A stretch of 64,000 nt of DNA from Candidatus Uhrbacteria bacterium (GCA_963822405.1 CAWGHH010000001.1:293373-357372); one strand, 5' to 3'; shown: positions 10,354-19,787, numbered from the stretch's first letter. A program made the numbers and translations. The notes: a model not told the origin generated them from the sequence alone.

Positions 10354-10381
10354 AGTATATCATAGTTTCTGAAAAGTACAA
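10354..10381 (-). promoter_or_regulatory. Sigma70-type promoter pointing back toward the MazF-like gene
   Basis: Minus strand TTGTAC-N16-TATACT with extended -10 TG. Confidence 0.5.
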
Positions 10382-10383
10382 AT

Positions 10384-12810
10384 ATGAACATTCTCGCTTC
10401 GTACAACTGGATTAGAGAGTACCTCAACACGACTTTATCAGCCGACGAGTTCGCAAAAGAGCTGTCACTCAAATCCATGTCCGTTGAAAAAATCGACGCT
10501 CTTTGGGGTAAGTTTGAACACATGGTAGTCGGCGTCATTAAGGAAATCAAAGCGCATCCAAATGCGAATAAACTTCGTATTGCGGTAACCGACATTGGCG
10601 ACAAGACCGTCGAGATCGTCTGCGGAGGATCGAATCTAGAAGTCGGCCAGCGCGTATTTGTCGCACTTCCTGGTGCGAAAGTTAAGTGGCACGGCGAAGG
10701 TGAACTGGTCACGCTCGCTGAAGTAGAAATTCGCGGTGTCAAAAGCATTGGCATGATTTGCGCGCCAGCCGAAGTCGGGTTCGACAAAATTCCTGCGGGC
10801 GATCATGAGATTTGGGACTTGTCGAAAATCACGGACGCAAAAGCTGGCACATTAATCGTTGACGCGCTCGAACTCCAGGACACGATTTTTGACATCGAGG
10901 TCACAACAAACCGCCCAGACTGCATGAGCATTATGGGTCTTGCAAGTGAAGGCGCTGCAGCTGTAGACGGTCATTTCGGTTTCGCTCCTCCCCCTCCACG
11001 CAGTGGAGGGGGTAAGGGGGGAGGACAAACCATTAGCGTGTCGATCGAGTCAAAGAAGTGTTCGCGCTACATGGCGGCCGTAGTTAAGAACGTCAAAGTC
11101 GGTCCATCACCTTGGTGGCTCCAAAAGAAGTTGCTTCTCGCCGGTCATCGTCCAATTAACAACATTGTCGACATCACTAATTTGGTTTTACACGAACTTG
11201 GCCAACCCCTGCATGCATTCGACGCGTCGAAAATTCGCGGTAATCAAATTATTGTTCGTGATGCAAAGAAGGGCGAGAAGATGAAAGCTCTGGACAACAA
11301 AGAATACACGCTCTCAAAGTCTAATTTGGTAATTGCTGACGCCGAAGGGCCAATGGCTGTTGCTGGCGTAATGGGCGGGGAAGTGAGTTCGACAACTAAC
11401 GAAACAACCACAGTCGTCTTTGAAGCAGCGACATTTGATGCCGTATCGGTTCGTCGTACGGCTCGTGATCTGAACTTGTATTCTGACTCGCAACTTGTTT
11501 TTGAAAAAGGTTTATCTACCCAGGCTGTACCAATTGCCATGGCGCGAGCGCTTGAGCTGGTCGAGCAACTAGCCGGGGGAGTTGTCGAGGGTTTGACTGA
11601 TGTTCAACCGAAGGCTTATAAGCCGCTTGTTTTCAAGACCTCGACCAAGAAAATCCGTTCTAGAATTGGCGTTGATGTTTCTGATGAGCAAATTCAAAAG
11701 ATTCTAACAAAGCTCGGCTTCATGCTTGAGGTCAAGGGCTCGACCATCACGGCAACGATTCCTTTCTGGCGCGATCATGACATTGAATCGGAGGTCGACC
11801 TGACCGAAGAAGTCGCTCGCATGTACGGCTATCACAACATGCCGTCGATTCTTCCTGCCGTTACTCCGCCTCCAGCTGTCGACGATATTGCTGTAGTTTG
11901 GGAACGCAAACTTAAGCGCTTACTCGCCTCACTCGGTTACACTGAATTCTTCGGAACGTCGCTCATTGACGGTCGGGATCTTGAGCGTTTCGGTATCACG
12001 CCGCTCGACGCTGTCAAAATCTTGAACCCGCTGGCCGAGGACTTGGCCTACATGCGCCCGACGCTCATTCCGTCGATCTTACGTGACATCGAAAAGAATC
12101 AGGCAACTACCGGCTCGGCCAATATTTTCGAATTATCTCGTGTGCATCTCCCCGACACCCTACACGCTACCCCCTACGCCCTTCCTCTCGAACAGTATCG
12201 CTTAGCTATCGCCGACTATGGCTATGACAACTCCGAAGCCGCTTTTATGGGTCTCAAGGGCACGCTTGAACGACTCGGCAAAGAAACTGGCATTACTTTC
12301 TCTCTTACTCGCGTGAACGAGGCGCCACGTTTCCATCCTGGTCGGGCGGCTGATATTCACGCTGAACTAAACGGCGTTCGAACTCTCGCTGGCATGATGG
12401 GGGAGATTTCACCGGCCGTAGAAAGTGCTTTTGGTCTAGAGAAGCAAGTATTCTTGATCGATCTCAACCTTGAGGCACTTCTTCCGCACCTCAAAAAGTC
12501 TTTGCGCTACGAGCCTCTCACGTCTTTCCCCGTTTCTCGTCGCGATATCTCGTTTGTTGTTAATGAACGCATCGCCTTTGAGGACCTAACATCAGTAATT
12601 GGTGCCTCAACAACTTTACAACTCCACAACTCCATAACTCTCGTCGACATCTACCGCGGTGCCGGCGTAGACAATGGCAAAAAGTCTTTGACGCTATCCT
12701 TAACCTTCTCCGCGGCCGATAGAACCCTAACCAGCGATGAGGTCGAATCCGAAATTAAACGCATTACCACAGCTCTCGAGGGCAAATTCGGCGCAACCAT
12801 GCGTGGGTAG
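10384..12810 (+). CDS. pheT: Phenylalanine--tRNA ligase beta subunit
   Basis: tRNA-binding OB fold (HPNANKL, IVCG), NRPD, B3/4 (INNIVDITN), B5, C-terminal FDX-ACB (RRDIS, KKSL). Confidence 0.96.
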   Translation: MNILASYNWIREYLNTTLSADEFAKELSLKSMSVEKIDALWGKFEHMVVGVIKEIKAHPNANKLRIAVTDIGDKTVEIVCGGSNLEVGQRVFVALPGAKVKWHGEGELVTLAEVEIRGVKSIGMICAPAEVGFDKIPAGDHEIWDLSKITDAKAGTLIVDALELQDTIFDIEVTTNRPDCMSIMGLASEGAAAVDGHFGFAPPPPRSGGGKGGGQTISVSIESKKCSRYMAAVVKNVKVGPSPWWLQKKLLLAGHRPINNIVDITNLVLHELGQPLHAFDASKIRGNQIIVRDAKKGEKMKALDNKEYTLSKSNLVIADAEGPMAVAGVMGGEVSSTTNETTTVVFEAATFDAVSVRRTARDLNLYSDSQLVFEKGLSTQAVPIAMARALELVEQLAGGVVEGLTDVQPKAYKPLVFKTSTKKIRSRIGVDVSDEQIQKILTKLGFMLEVKGSTITATIPFWRDHDIESEVDLTEEVARMYGYHNMPSILPAVTPPPAVDDIAVVWERKLKRLLASLGYTEFFGTSLIDGRDLERFGITPLDAVKILNPLAEDLAYMRPTLIPSILRDIEKNQATTGSANIFELSRVHLPDTLHATPYALPLEQYRLAIADYGYDNSEAAFMGLKGTLERLGKETGITFSLTRVNEAPRFHPGRAADIHAELNGVRTLAGMMGEISPAVESAFGLEKQVFLIDLNLEALLPHLKKSLRYEPLTSFPVSRRDISFVVNERIAFEDLTSVIGASTTLQLHNSITLVDIYRGAGVDNGKKSLTLSLTFSAADRTLTSDEVESEIKRITTALEGKFGATMRG
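10987..11024 (+). repeat. GC-rich hairpin element translated in frame within pheT
   Basis: CCCCCTCCAC-GCA-GTGGAGGGGG plus TAAGGGGGGAGG; encodes PPPPRSGGGKGGG. Confidence 0.7.
12156..12183 (+). repeat. C-rich heptamer array inside pheT
   Basis: CACCCTA CACGCTA CCCCCTA CGCCCTT; translated as part of PDTLHATPYALP. Confidence 0.88.
12610..12641 (+). repeat. Octamer array inside pheT
   Basis: ACAACTTT ACAACTCC ACAACTCC ATAACTCT; encodes TTLQLHNSITL. Confidence 0.7.
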
Positions 12811-12830
12811 TGGTATTATTTAGTAAACGA

Positions 12831-12858
12831 CACCCTACTCCCTACACGCTACACCCTA
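12831..12858 (+). repeat. C-rich heptamer array downstream of pheT
   Basis: CACCCTA CTCCCTA CACGCTA CACCCTA followed by TG, forming the ATG at 12858. Confidence 0.9.
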
Positions 12859-13172
12859 TGTTAGGAACCCAAGACATTCTCTTCATCGTTCTCGCCTTCT
12901 GCGCTCTCTGGTTCACGGCCTTCCTCTGTTGGCTACTCTTTCAAGCCGCTGGACTTCTTAAGCGCTTGCATGGATTAGTCGACGAACTCAAGACTAAGCT
13001 CGACAACCTAGAAGCCAACATCTCCGGGATGAAAAGAAAATTCGACGGCAACATTGCACTCATAACTGGAATTGCTGATGGAGTACGAAGAATTATCGAG
13101 GCTATGAAGGGAAGAGATGGGTTTACTTCAACCAAAAAAACGTATAAGGGAGATGATGAAGAGATGCTCTAG
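12858..13172 (+). CDS. Small membrane-anchored coiled-coil protein
   Basis: TM helix followed by coiled coil; start trimmed to MLGTQDILF. Confidence 0.65.
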   Translation: MLGTQDILFIVLAFCALWFTAFLCWLLFQAAGLLKRLHGLVDELKTKLDNLEANISGMKRKFDGNIALITGIADGVRRIIEAMKGRDGFTSTKKTYKGDDEEML

Positions 13173-13193
13173 GAAGCGCATATATGATCGAAC

Positions 13194-13910
13194 ATGTTGC
13201 TTTCGGTTGATGAGATCGCAATTAAGGAACGGGCGGACGCGCAAGCGCGAGAGATGAAGACTCGGATCGCGAAAGAAATGACGGATAAGACTATCTATTT
13301 ACCCGACGAATTTCCTGTTTCGGTTTTTATGGCCGGCTCTCCGGGTGCGGGGAAGACCGAGTCATCTCGAAACCTTATTGCGAGGTTGACTGGTGACGGT
13401 CGTGCGGTTCTGAGGATAGATACCGATGAGTTGCGTTCGTTGTTTTCGGAGTATAACGGCCATAACTCACATCTCTTCATGAGCGCAACTTCTTTTCTCG
13501 CAGACAAGATTCACGATCTTGCTTTGAAGAACGGACAGAGCTTTGTTTTTGACGGAACTCTTTCGAACATAAAACGCTCTCGCGAGAATATTGAGCGATC
13601 TCTATCGCGGATAAGGTTTGTCCAGATCGTGTATGTGTATCAAGATCCCTTATTGGCTTGGAGTTTTGTAAAGGCTCGCGAGGCAAAAGATGGGAGGGCT
13701 ATTCCAAAGAGTGATTTTATAGCGAAGTTCTTTGCCGCAAGAGAGAATGTAGATGCTTTAAAGAAGGAGTTTGGTGATAAAATCCGAGTAGATATGGTCG
13801 TGAAGAATATTGATGGTTCTGACTATAGTTACAGCGAAAATATCGACGTTGTTGACAGTCAGATTTTTGAAAAGTACACTAAAATTCAACTTGAAGGTTT
13901 GATTGACTAA
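13194..13910 (+). CDS. Zeta toxin family P-loop kinase
   Basis: FMAGSPGAGKT, IDTDELR, SFVFDGTLS. Confidence 0.85.
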   Translation: MLLSVDEIAIKERADAQAREMKTRIAKEMTDKTIYLPDEFPVSVFMAGSPGAGKTESSRNLIARLTGDGRAVLRIDTDELRSLFSEYNGHNSHLFMSATSFLADKIHDLALKNGQSFVFDGTLSNIKRSRENIERSLSRIRFVQIVYVYQDPLLAWSFVKAREAKDGRAIPKSDFIAKFFAARENVDALKKEFGDKIRVDMVVKNIDGSDYSYSENIDVVDSQIFEKYTKIQLEGLID

Positions 13911-13915
13911 TTGCT

Positions 13916-14086
13916 ATGTCTACAGGAATTATTGCCGCTTTACGGTCTGGAGGCTCTGACCGCTCGAGCGCATTTTCAAAGTTTTTTCGCGAGGCATCTT
14001 CAACTGAAAAGAAGAAGGTTTTTCTGGATGTTGCAAAAAAAGCCAGTCAAGATCAGCGCGATGTCATGAAAGCACTTCGTCCATAG
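13916..14086 (+). CDS. 56-aa partner ORF of the zeta toxin gene (absent from ORF track)
   Basis: Translated by hand: MSTGIIAALRSGGSDRSSAFSKFFREASSTEKKKVFLDVAKKASQDQRDVMKALRP; starts 5 nt after the zeta stop and is followed by a terminator. Confidence 0.7.
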   Translation: MSTGIIAALRSGGSDRSSAFSKFFREASSTEKKKVFLDVAKKASQDQRDVMKALRP

Positions 14087-14096
14087 AAATAAAAGG

Positions 14097-14130
14097 AGTC
14101 CCTGTCGGCAATGGCGGGGATTTTTGTTTT
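14097..14130 (+). terminator. Intrinsic terminator
   Basis: TCCCTGTC...GGCGGGGA stem followed by TTTTTGTTTT. Confidence 0.55.
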
Positions 14131-14440
14131 GTAAGGCTTATTACCGGAGCCGGTAAAAAGTATTCAGGATAGTTAGAGGTATTTTGCTGTAACAAAAAAA
14201 CCGATCAAATGATCGGGTGCTTTGTAGAAGTCGCGTCTCAAGAAGTCGTCCTCTTCAGCTTAGACCCGAGGAGCCCCCCGGGGAACACTGAAGCGCTTCA
14301 AGAGGTATTATTGCAACTTCGCCTCAAATATATCTCAAAATATCGGCTCCGTAAACTTACCCACAATGTACCTAATGAGCAATCTATATTACTTCATCGT
14401 CGGCAGGAACGAGAGTTGAGGAATATTCCGTTTACGCTAC

Positions 14441-14481
14441 TTGACTAGTGTAAACAAAAGTATATAATCTGTTTATACTAG
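14441..14481 (+). promoter_or_regulatory. Promoter of Fic gene with overlapping palindromic operator
   Basis: TTGACT-N16-TATAAT; inverted repeat CTAGTGTAAACA...TGTTTATACTAG. Confidence 0.65.
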
Positions 14482-14507
14482 CTATTTTGCATAAACAAAA
14501 AAATTAT

Positions 14508-15650
14508 ATGCCAAAAAACATATTGGGTAATTTGAAGAAACATAAGAGCGGGTATCAATACCTTTCACTTTCGGCATTCCCGCCTGAGTTAAAGGAGGTG
14601 CTTTCTGGTGCATTATTAGAGAAGGCTGATTATGCACAATTTTGCTTGGGCAAGCTTTCCGGTATTACTCACCTTCTTCCGGATGTAGATTTTTTCATTT
14701 CTTCGTATATAACTAAAGACGCTACCTCTTCTTCGCAGATCGAGGGAACAAAAGCCACTATGGCCGACGCCTTTGAATATGCGGCAAATCCCAACGACGA
14801 TAATTCTGATGCCGATGATATTTCGCATTATATTTCCGCACTTCATTACGGTCTTAAGCGACTAGGCGGAGATAATTTCCCCTTCGCTTTGCGTTTTATC
14901 AAGGAGCTTCATAAAGAATTAATGAAGAATGCAAGGTCGACTCATTTTTCCGATCCAGGTGAGTTTCGCACGTCTCAAAACTGGATTGGTGGCACTACTC
15001 CAACCAATGCTAGTTTTGTGCCTCCTGCGCCGGAAGAACTCACTCGACCATTAAAAGATCTTGAGAGCTTCATACACGTCAGACACTTTCATCCGGTACT
15101 TCAAGCCGGCTTGCTTCATGCACAGTTCGAAACCATTCACCCATTTTTGGACGGTAACGGAAGAACGGGCCGGTTATTGATTACATTCTATTTGATTCAG
15201 CAAAGACTTCTTGAGAGACCGGTGCTGTTTTTGTCTTCTTACTTTAAGAAGCATCAGAAGCTCTACTATCAGAGGCTTTCCGGATACCACCATGGTGAAA
15301 TCGGTCCATGGCTTGATTTCTTTCTTGATGGAATTATCGAGACTGCAGAGCAGGCTATTTCGGTATCTATCGCCGTTACTGCCTTGAGAGATAAGGATTT
15401 AAAAACGGTAGCGACTCTCGGAAAATCAGTCTCTGAAGTTTCTTCGAATATTCTTCAGCGCTTATACCAGAATCCGATCGTGTCTACAGCGCTAATAGAA
15501 CAGTGGACCGGTTACACTAGACCAGGTGTTATCAAAATCATTGATAAGTTGATGAAAGTGGGAATTCTAGAACTTTATCGCAAGGGGGAGGGTACGAAAC
15601 CGTCTGTGTATATTCATCGTGAATATGTAAACTTGTTTGCTGAAAAGTAG
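14508..15650 (+). CDS. Fic family protein with C-terminal wHTH
   Basis: HPFLDGNGRTGR Fic motif; SSQIEG inhibitory motif. Confidence 0.92.
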   Translation: MPKNILGNLKKHKSGYQYLSLSAFPPELKEVLSGALLEKADYAQFCLGKLSGITHLLPDVDFFISSYITKDATSSSQIEGTKATMADAFEYAANPNDDNSDADDISHYISALHYGLKRLGGDNFPFALRFIKELHKELMKNARSTHFSDPGEFRTSQNWIGGTTPTNASFVPPAPEELTRPLKDLESFIHVRHFHPVLQAGLLHAQFETIHPFLDGNGRTGRLLITFYLIQQRLLERPVLFLSSYFKKHQKLYYQRLSGYHHGEIGPWLDFFLDGIIETAEQAISVSIAVTALRDKDLKTVATLGKSVSEVSSNILQRLYQNPIVSTALIEQWTGYTRPGVIKIIDKLMKVGILELYRKGEGTKPSVYIHREYVNLFAEK

Positions 15651-15710
15651 GAATGTGCAATTAGTGCACATTCTAAGCAAACAATCCGATCTTCCGACCG
15701 GATTTTTGTT

Positions 15711-16244
15711 TTAAGGTGAATTCCGAATTTTCGCCCTAATTTGTTTATGGTTTGGGATTGTTTGTTCAACCAGTTTCCAAAACCTCACCGAGTGATTCAT
15801 CTGCGCCAAATGACACAGTTCATGGACGACAATATAGTCCACTTGTTCCTGTGTCAGATGAACAATCCGATAATTAAAACTCAGCGTTCCCGTACTGGTA
15901 CAACTACCCCAACGAGTTTTCTGATTTCTGATAGATACTTTCTTCCAGGACAACTTATAGAATTTATTGAAATAGTCGAGTCTCGACTCCACAAGTTCAA
16001 GCGCCCTATCTTTTAGCCGACCATAATCAGCCCTCGTCCCGCCACGTAGTAGACTTGGCGGTCGAGCCTTGGCTTTGGCGACGTGTTCAACTATCCACGC
16101 CGACTTCTGTTCGACGAACTGATTGATCATCCATGCTGGCACGCGCTTGTGTGCGGTGACCGTACACGCCCCATCCGCGCCAATGCGAATACGTATCCCA
16201 CGCGAGCGGGGGTGGCGTTTTAGTGCGAACTCGACGGAGGGCAT
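15711..16244 (-). CDS. YgjP/DUF45-like zinc metallopeptidase
   Basis: KTRWGSC, DYIVVHELCH, NHSVRFW. Confidence 0.88.
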   Translation of the reverse strand: MPSVEFALKRHPRSRGIRIRIGADGACTVTAHKRVPAWMINQFVEQKSAWIVEHVAKAKARPPSLLRGGTRADYGRLKDRALELVESRLDYFNKFYKLSWKKVSIRNQKTRWGSCTSTGTLSFNYRIVHLTQEQVDYIVVHELCHLAQMNHSVRFWKLVEQTIPNHKQIRAKIRNSP

Positions 16245-16361
16245 AGCGTGGACATGGTATCAGTAAGGCGATTAAAATTGAACCTCGATTTCTTGCGTCA
16301 TATGTGGGAGAATGGCGTACAGTGCGGATATCCATTCGCGTAGCATATAAACAGTCCAGAT

Positions 16362-17921
16362 ATGACCAAAGAACAAGAACGTTCAGAGCTGCACCGTGCC
16401 ATTTGGCAAATTGCTAATGATCTTCGAGGAAGCGTGGATGGGTGGGATTTTAAGCAATATGTGCTTGGAATGCTTTTTTATCGGTTTATCAGCGAGAATT
16501 TAACGAATTACATTAATTCCGAGGAGCGTCGCACGGGAAAGAAGGATTTTGATTACGCCACACTTTCAGATAAGGAGGCTGAATTTGGTCGAGCCGATAC
16601 GGTGCAGGAGAAAGGTTTTTATATTCCGCCGAGGGATCTTTTTGTTAACGTTCGCAGTAAAGCTAGAAATAACCCCAATCTCAACGAATCACTGGTAAAT
16701 GTTTTTCGAGATATTGAGAGTTCCGCTAAGGGATTTGAAAGTGAAGACGATATTAAGGGATTATTTCAGGATCTCGACGTTAACTCAGCCAAGCTTGGTA
16801 ATACTGTAGAACAACGAAATCAAAAGCTTGTAAAGCTTCTTGAGGCTATTGGCGACCTTCGGCTTGGTAACTATTCGGACAATAGTATTGATGCTTTCGG
16901 CGACGCATATGAGTTCCTCATGACCATGTATGCATCGAGTGCAGGAAAGTCCGGGGGAGAGTTCTATACCCCGCAGGAAGTGAGCGAGCTTCTTGCCGAA
17001 ATTACCACTGTCGGCAAAAAAGAAGTAAATAAAGTGTATGACCCAGCGTGCGGATCTGGTTCTTTGCTTTTGAAGTTTGCCAAGGTGCTCGGAAAAGAAA
17101 ATGTTCGACAAGGTTTCTATGGTCAGGAGATTAATCTCACCACCTATAACCTCTGTCGTATCAACATGTTCTTGCACGACATTAACTACAATAATTTTGA
17201 CATTGCTCTTGGCGACACGTTGACCGATCCAAAGCATTGGGACGAAGAACCTTTTGACGCCATTGTTTCTAACCCGCCTTACTCAATTAACTGGGAAGGC
17301 GACGCTAATCCGCTCCTCATTAATGATCCTCGATTTGCGCCCGCCGGTGTACTCGCGCCAAAGAGTAAGGCTGATCTCGCGTTTACCATGCACATGCTTT
17401 CATGGCTTTCTACGAGTGGCACCGCTGCGATTGTTGAGTTCCCTGGTGTTCTCTATCGTGGTGGTGCAGAGCAGAAAATCAGAAAATATCTTGTAGACAA
17501 TAACTACGTTGATGCCGTTATTCAGCTTCCGCCTGATTTGTTCTTTGGTACTACTATTGCTACCTGTATTATCGTAATCAAGAAGAGCAAGAAAGATAAT
17601 AAAGTGCTATTTATTGATGCTTCAGCTGAATTTGCGAGAGGCGGGAACAAAAATAAGCTGTCAGATGTTAATCGAAAGAAAATATTGGACGCTTTCATTT
17701 CTCGTCAGGACGCTGAATATTTCGCAAAACTCGTCGACAACCAGGTAGTAACAGAAAACGATTACAACATCGCCGTATCAAGTTATGTGGTAGCGGAGGA
17801 TACACGGGAGGTCATCGATATCACAGAGCTCAATAAGAAAATTACCGGCATTGTTGCGCGCGAGAATGAGTTGCGCATTGCAATTGACGAGATTGTGGCG
17901 GATATTGAGGGAGTGAAATAG
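16362..17921 (+). CDS. hsdM: Type I R-M methyltransferase subunit M
   Basis: GEFYTP, YDPACGSGSLL, NPPY. Confidence 0.96.
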   Translation: MTKEQERSELHRAIWQIANDLRGSVDGWDFKQYVLGMLFYRFISENLTNYINSEERRTGKKDFDYATLSDKEAEFGRADTVQEKGFYIPPRDLFVNVRSKARNNPNLNESLVNVFRDIESSAKGFESEDDIKGLFQDLDVNSAKLGNTVEQRNQKLVKLLEAIGDLRLGNYSDNSIDAFGDAYEFLMTMYASSAGKSGGEFYTPQEVSELLAEITTVGKKEVNKVYDPACGSGSLLLKFAKVLGKENVRQGFYGQEINLTTYNLCRINMFLHDINYNNFDIALGDTLTDPKHWDEEPFDAIVSNPPYSINWEGDANPLLINDPRFAPAGVLAPKSKADLAFTMHMLSWLSTSGTAAIVEFPGVLYRGGAEQKIRKYLVDNNYVDAVIQLPPDLFFGTTIATCIIVIKKSKKDNKVLFIDASAEFARGGNKNKLSDVNRKKILDAFISRQDAEYFAKLVDNQVVTENDYNIAVSSYVVAEDTREVIDITELNKKITGIVARENELRIAIDEIVADIEGVK

Positions 17922-17924
17922 CCT

Positions 17925-18419
17925 ATGGAAGATCAACCAAACAATGAAATCGTTATCTATACCGGGGACGGCGGTCAACCCGTTATTCAGGTGCGTATTG
18001 TGGGGGAGACAGTCTGGCTAACTCAGGCGCAGCTGGCTGAGCTTTTCGGCACAACCAAGCAGAATATTAGCCTTCACATACAAAATATTTTTGAGGAGGG
18101 CGAGCTGGCTCCCCGAGCAACTGTCAAGGAATACTTGATAGTTCAAACAGAGGGAAATAGAGAGGTTTCCCGCCAAATAGATCATTACAATCTCGACCTC
18201 ATTATATCCGTTGGATATCGAATAAAATCCCAAATTGCGACACATTTTAGACAATGGGCCACGGCGCGGCTTCGGGAATATATTGTCAAAGGATTTACGA
18301 TGGATGACGAGCGTTTGGAAAACACTGGTGGCCAGTTGCGCAGATTCCTATATAAGTATAACTTCGAGCTAATCACCCATTTTTTTCAATGTTTTCCACG
18401 CCTTCTTCGTTGTGGATAA
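17925..18419 (+). pseudogene. RhuM family protein, N-terminal part only
   Basis: ETVWLTQAQLAELF, YNLDLIISVGYR, KGFTMDDERL; family similarity appears to stop after ENTGG (~18330). Confidence 0.7.
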
Positions 18420-18443
18420 CCTAAGCCGGGTATAATTATAGAT

Positions 18444-19787
18444 ATGGCTCTCGACTGGCAACAGTTTGGATTAAAGAGAAACCCCTTCGATACACTCCCT
18501 TTAGTTGAGGGAGGAGATTTACCTATCGAGAAGGCCTTCGTCGGCAGAATGGATGAAAGAGATATGATTGATTCGTTATTCGAACAGGAAACGCACTTGT
18601 GTCTAATTGTCGCTGGCGAGGTGGGGGTTGGAAAGACTAGCTTGGTGAATTTCCAAAAATTCATTTGGAAATATAATAAATCAAAATTGCTATTCTCTTC
18701 GAGACGCGAAATTGAAGCTAGCAAGTACTTGTTAGATAAGAGAAACTTTTTACTTGAGATCATCGGTTCGGTACTTCGAGAGCTCCAATTGTTAGACCTA
18801 AATCTTTTGAAGGACCCCCTTCTCCAAAAAATAAAAACTGTTGTCGAAGTCAGTCAAAGCATAGCTATTTCTGGGGGCGCAAGCGCATTCGGATTTGGTC
18901 TGGATGCCAGCCACTCAAAAGAATTCACAGCACCTGTGGAACTGACCGTTTCTACACTTGAAGGATATTTACGGGATCTGGTAGGTTTTATAAAAGAGAC
19001 ACGGATAGGTGAATATAAGTATTCTGGACTCATCGTGCACGTTAATAATTTTGATGTTGTACTGAAGTCGGATGAGGGTGGCGTGAGAGAGTTTTTTGAC
19101 GAAATACGAGATATCTTACAGACCCCCGACGTGTTTTTCATATTTATTGGCCCATCAAACTTTTATGAAAAAGTGCTTGTACCTCTGCAGCGTGTGAGAG
19201 GCATTTTTTATCATCTTCCGCTCATAATTAAACCTATGAGCAAAACTGATCTTCGCACAGCGCTTGACGATCGAATGGAATTGCTCAAATCAGAGAACGT
19301 GTCAGTTTATGTAAAACCTTTTGAAGAGAAGCTGGTCTTTGAACTTTATGATTTATACGAGGGCGATGTTCGTTCTATCTTGAACGCACTTGTTTCCATC
19401 CTTCACGAATATAGCGACCGCCTCGCGAAGCCTCTTACAGTTAAGGAAGGCTTGCTGCTTTTGTGCCGTGAATTATGGAGAACGATTGAAAAGAACGCTT
19501 CGCCTACCGATGAACAAAAACAGATTCTACGGTTCATAGCGAATCAAAAAAATCCCGTCTCGAATAAAGAGATCGCTGATGCTCTCGGCAAGCAAGAAAG
19601 CAATATGTCAGCATATTATTTGAAGCCGTTAAAAGACGCCGGAATTATTGAGCTGAAAGAGCAGGTCGGCACTCGCAAGCTCTGGGGAATCTCCCAGCGA
19701 TATAGTATTCTTTCGAGATTTAGTGAGCTGCAGGATGGGGCTGTGACAGATTCGTCGAAGGATGTAGCACAGCTGCGCTTAATATAG
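18444..19787 (+). CDS. P-loop AAA-type ATPase with C-terminal winged HTH
   Basis: NPF...FVGR, GEVGVGKT, GDVR; C-terminal EIADALGK...YLKPLKDAGII. Confidence 0.75.
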   Translation: MALDWQQFGLKRNPFDTLPLVEGGDLPIEKAFVGRMDERDMIDSLFEQETHLCLIVAGEVGVGKTSLVNFQKFIWKYNKSKLLFSSRREIEASKYLLDKRNFLLEIIGSVLRELQLLDLNLLKDPLLQKIKTVVEVSQSIAISGGASAFGFGLDASHSKEFTAPVELTVSTLEGYLRDLVGFIKETRIGEYKYSGLIVHVNNFDVVLKSDEGGVREFFDEIRDILQTPDVFFIFIGPSNFYEKVLVPLQRVRGIFYHLPLIIKPMSKTDLRTALDDRMELLKSENVSVYVKPFEEKLVFELYDLYEGDVRSILNALVSILHEYSDRLAKPLTVKEGLLLLCRELWRTIEKNASPTDEQKQILRFIANQKNPVSNKEIADALGKQESNMSAYYLKPLKDAGIIELKEQVGTRKLWGISQRYSILSRFSELQDGAVTDSSKDVAQLRLI

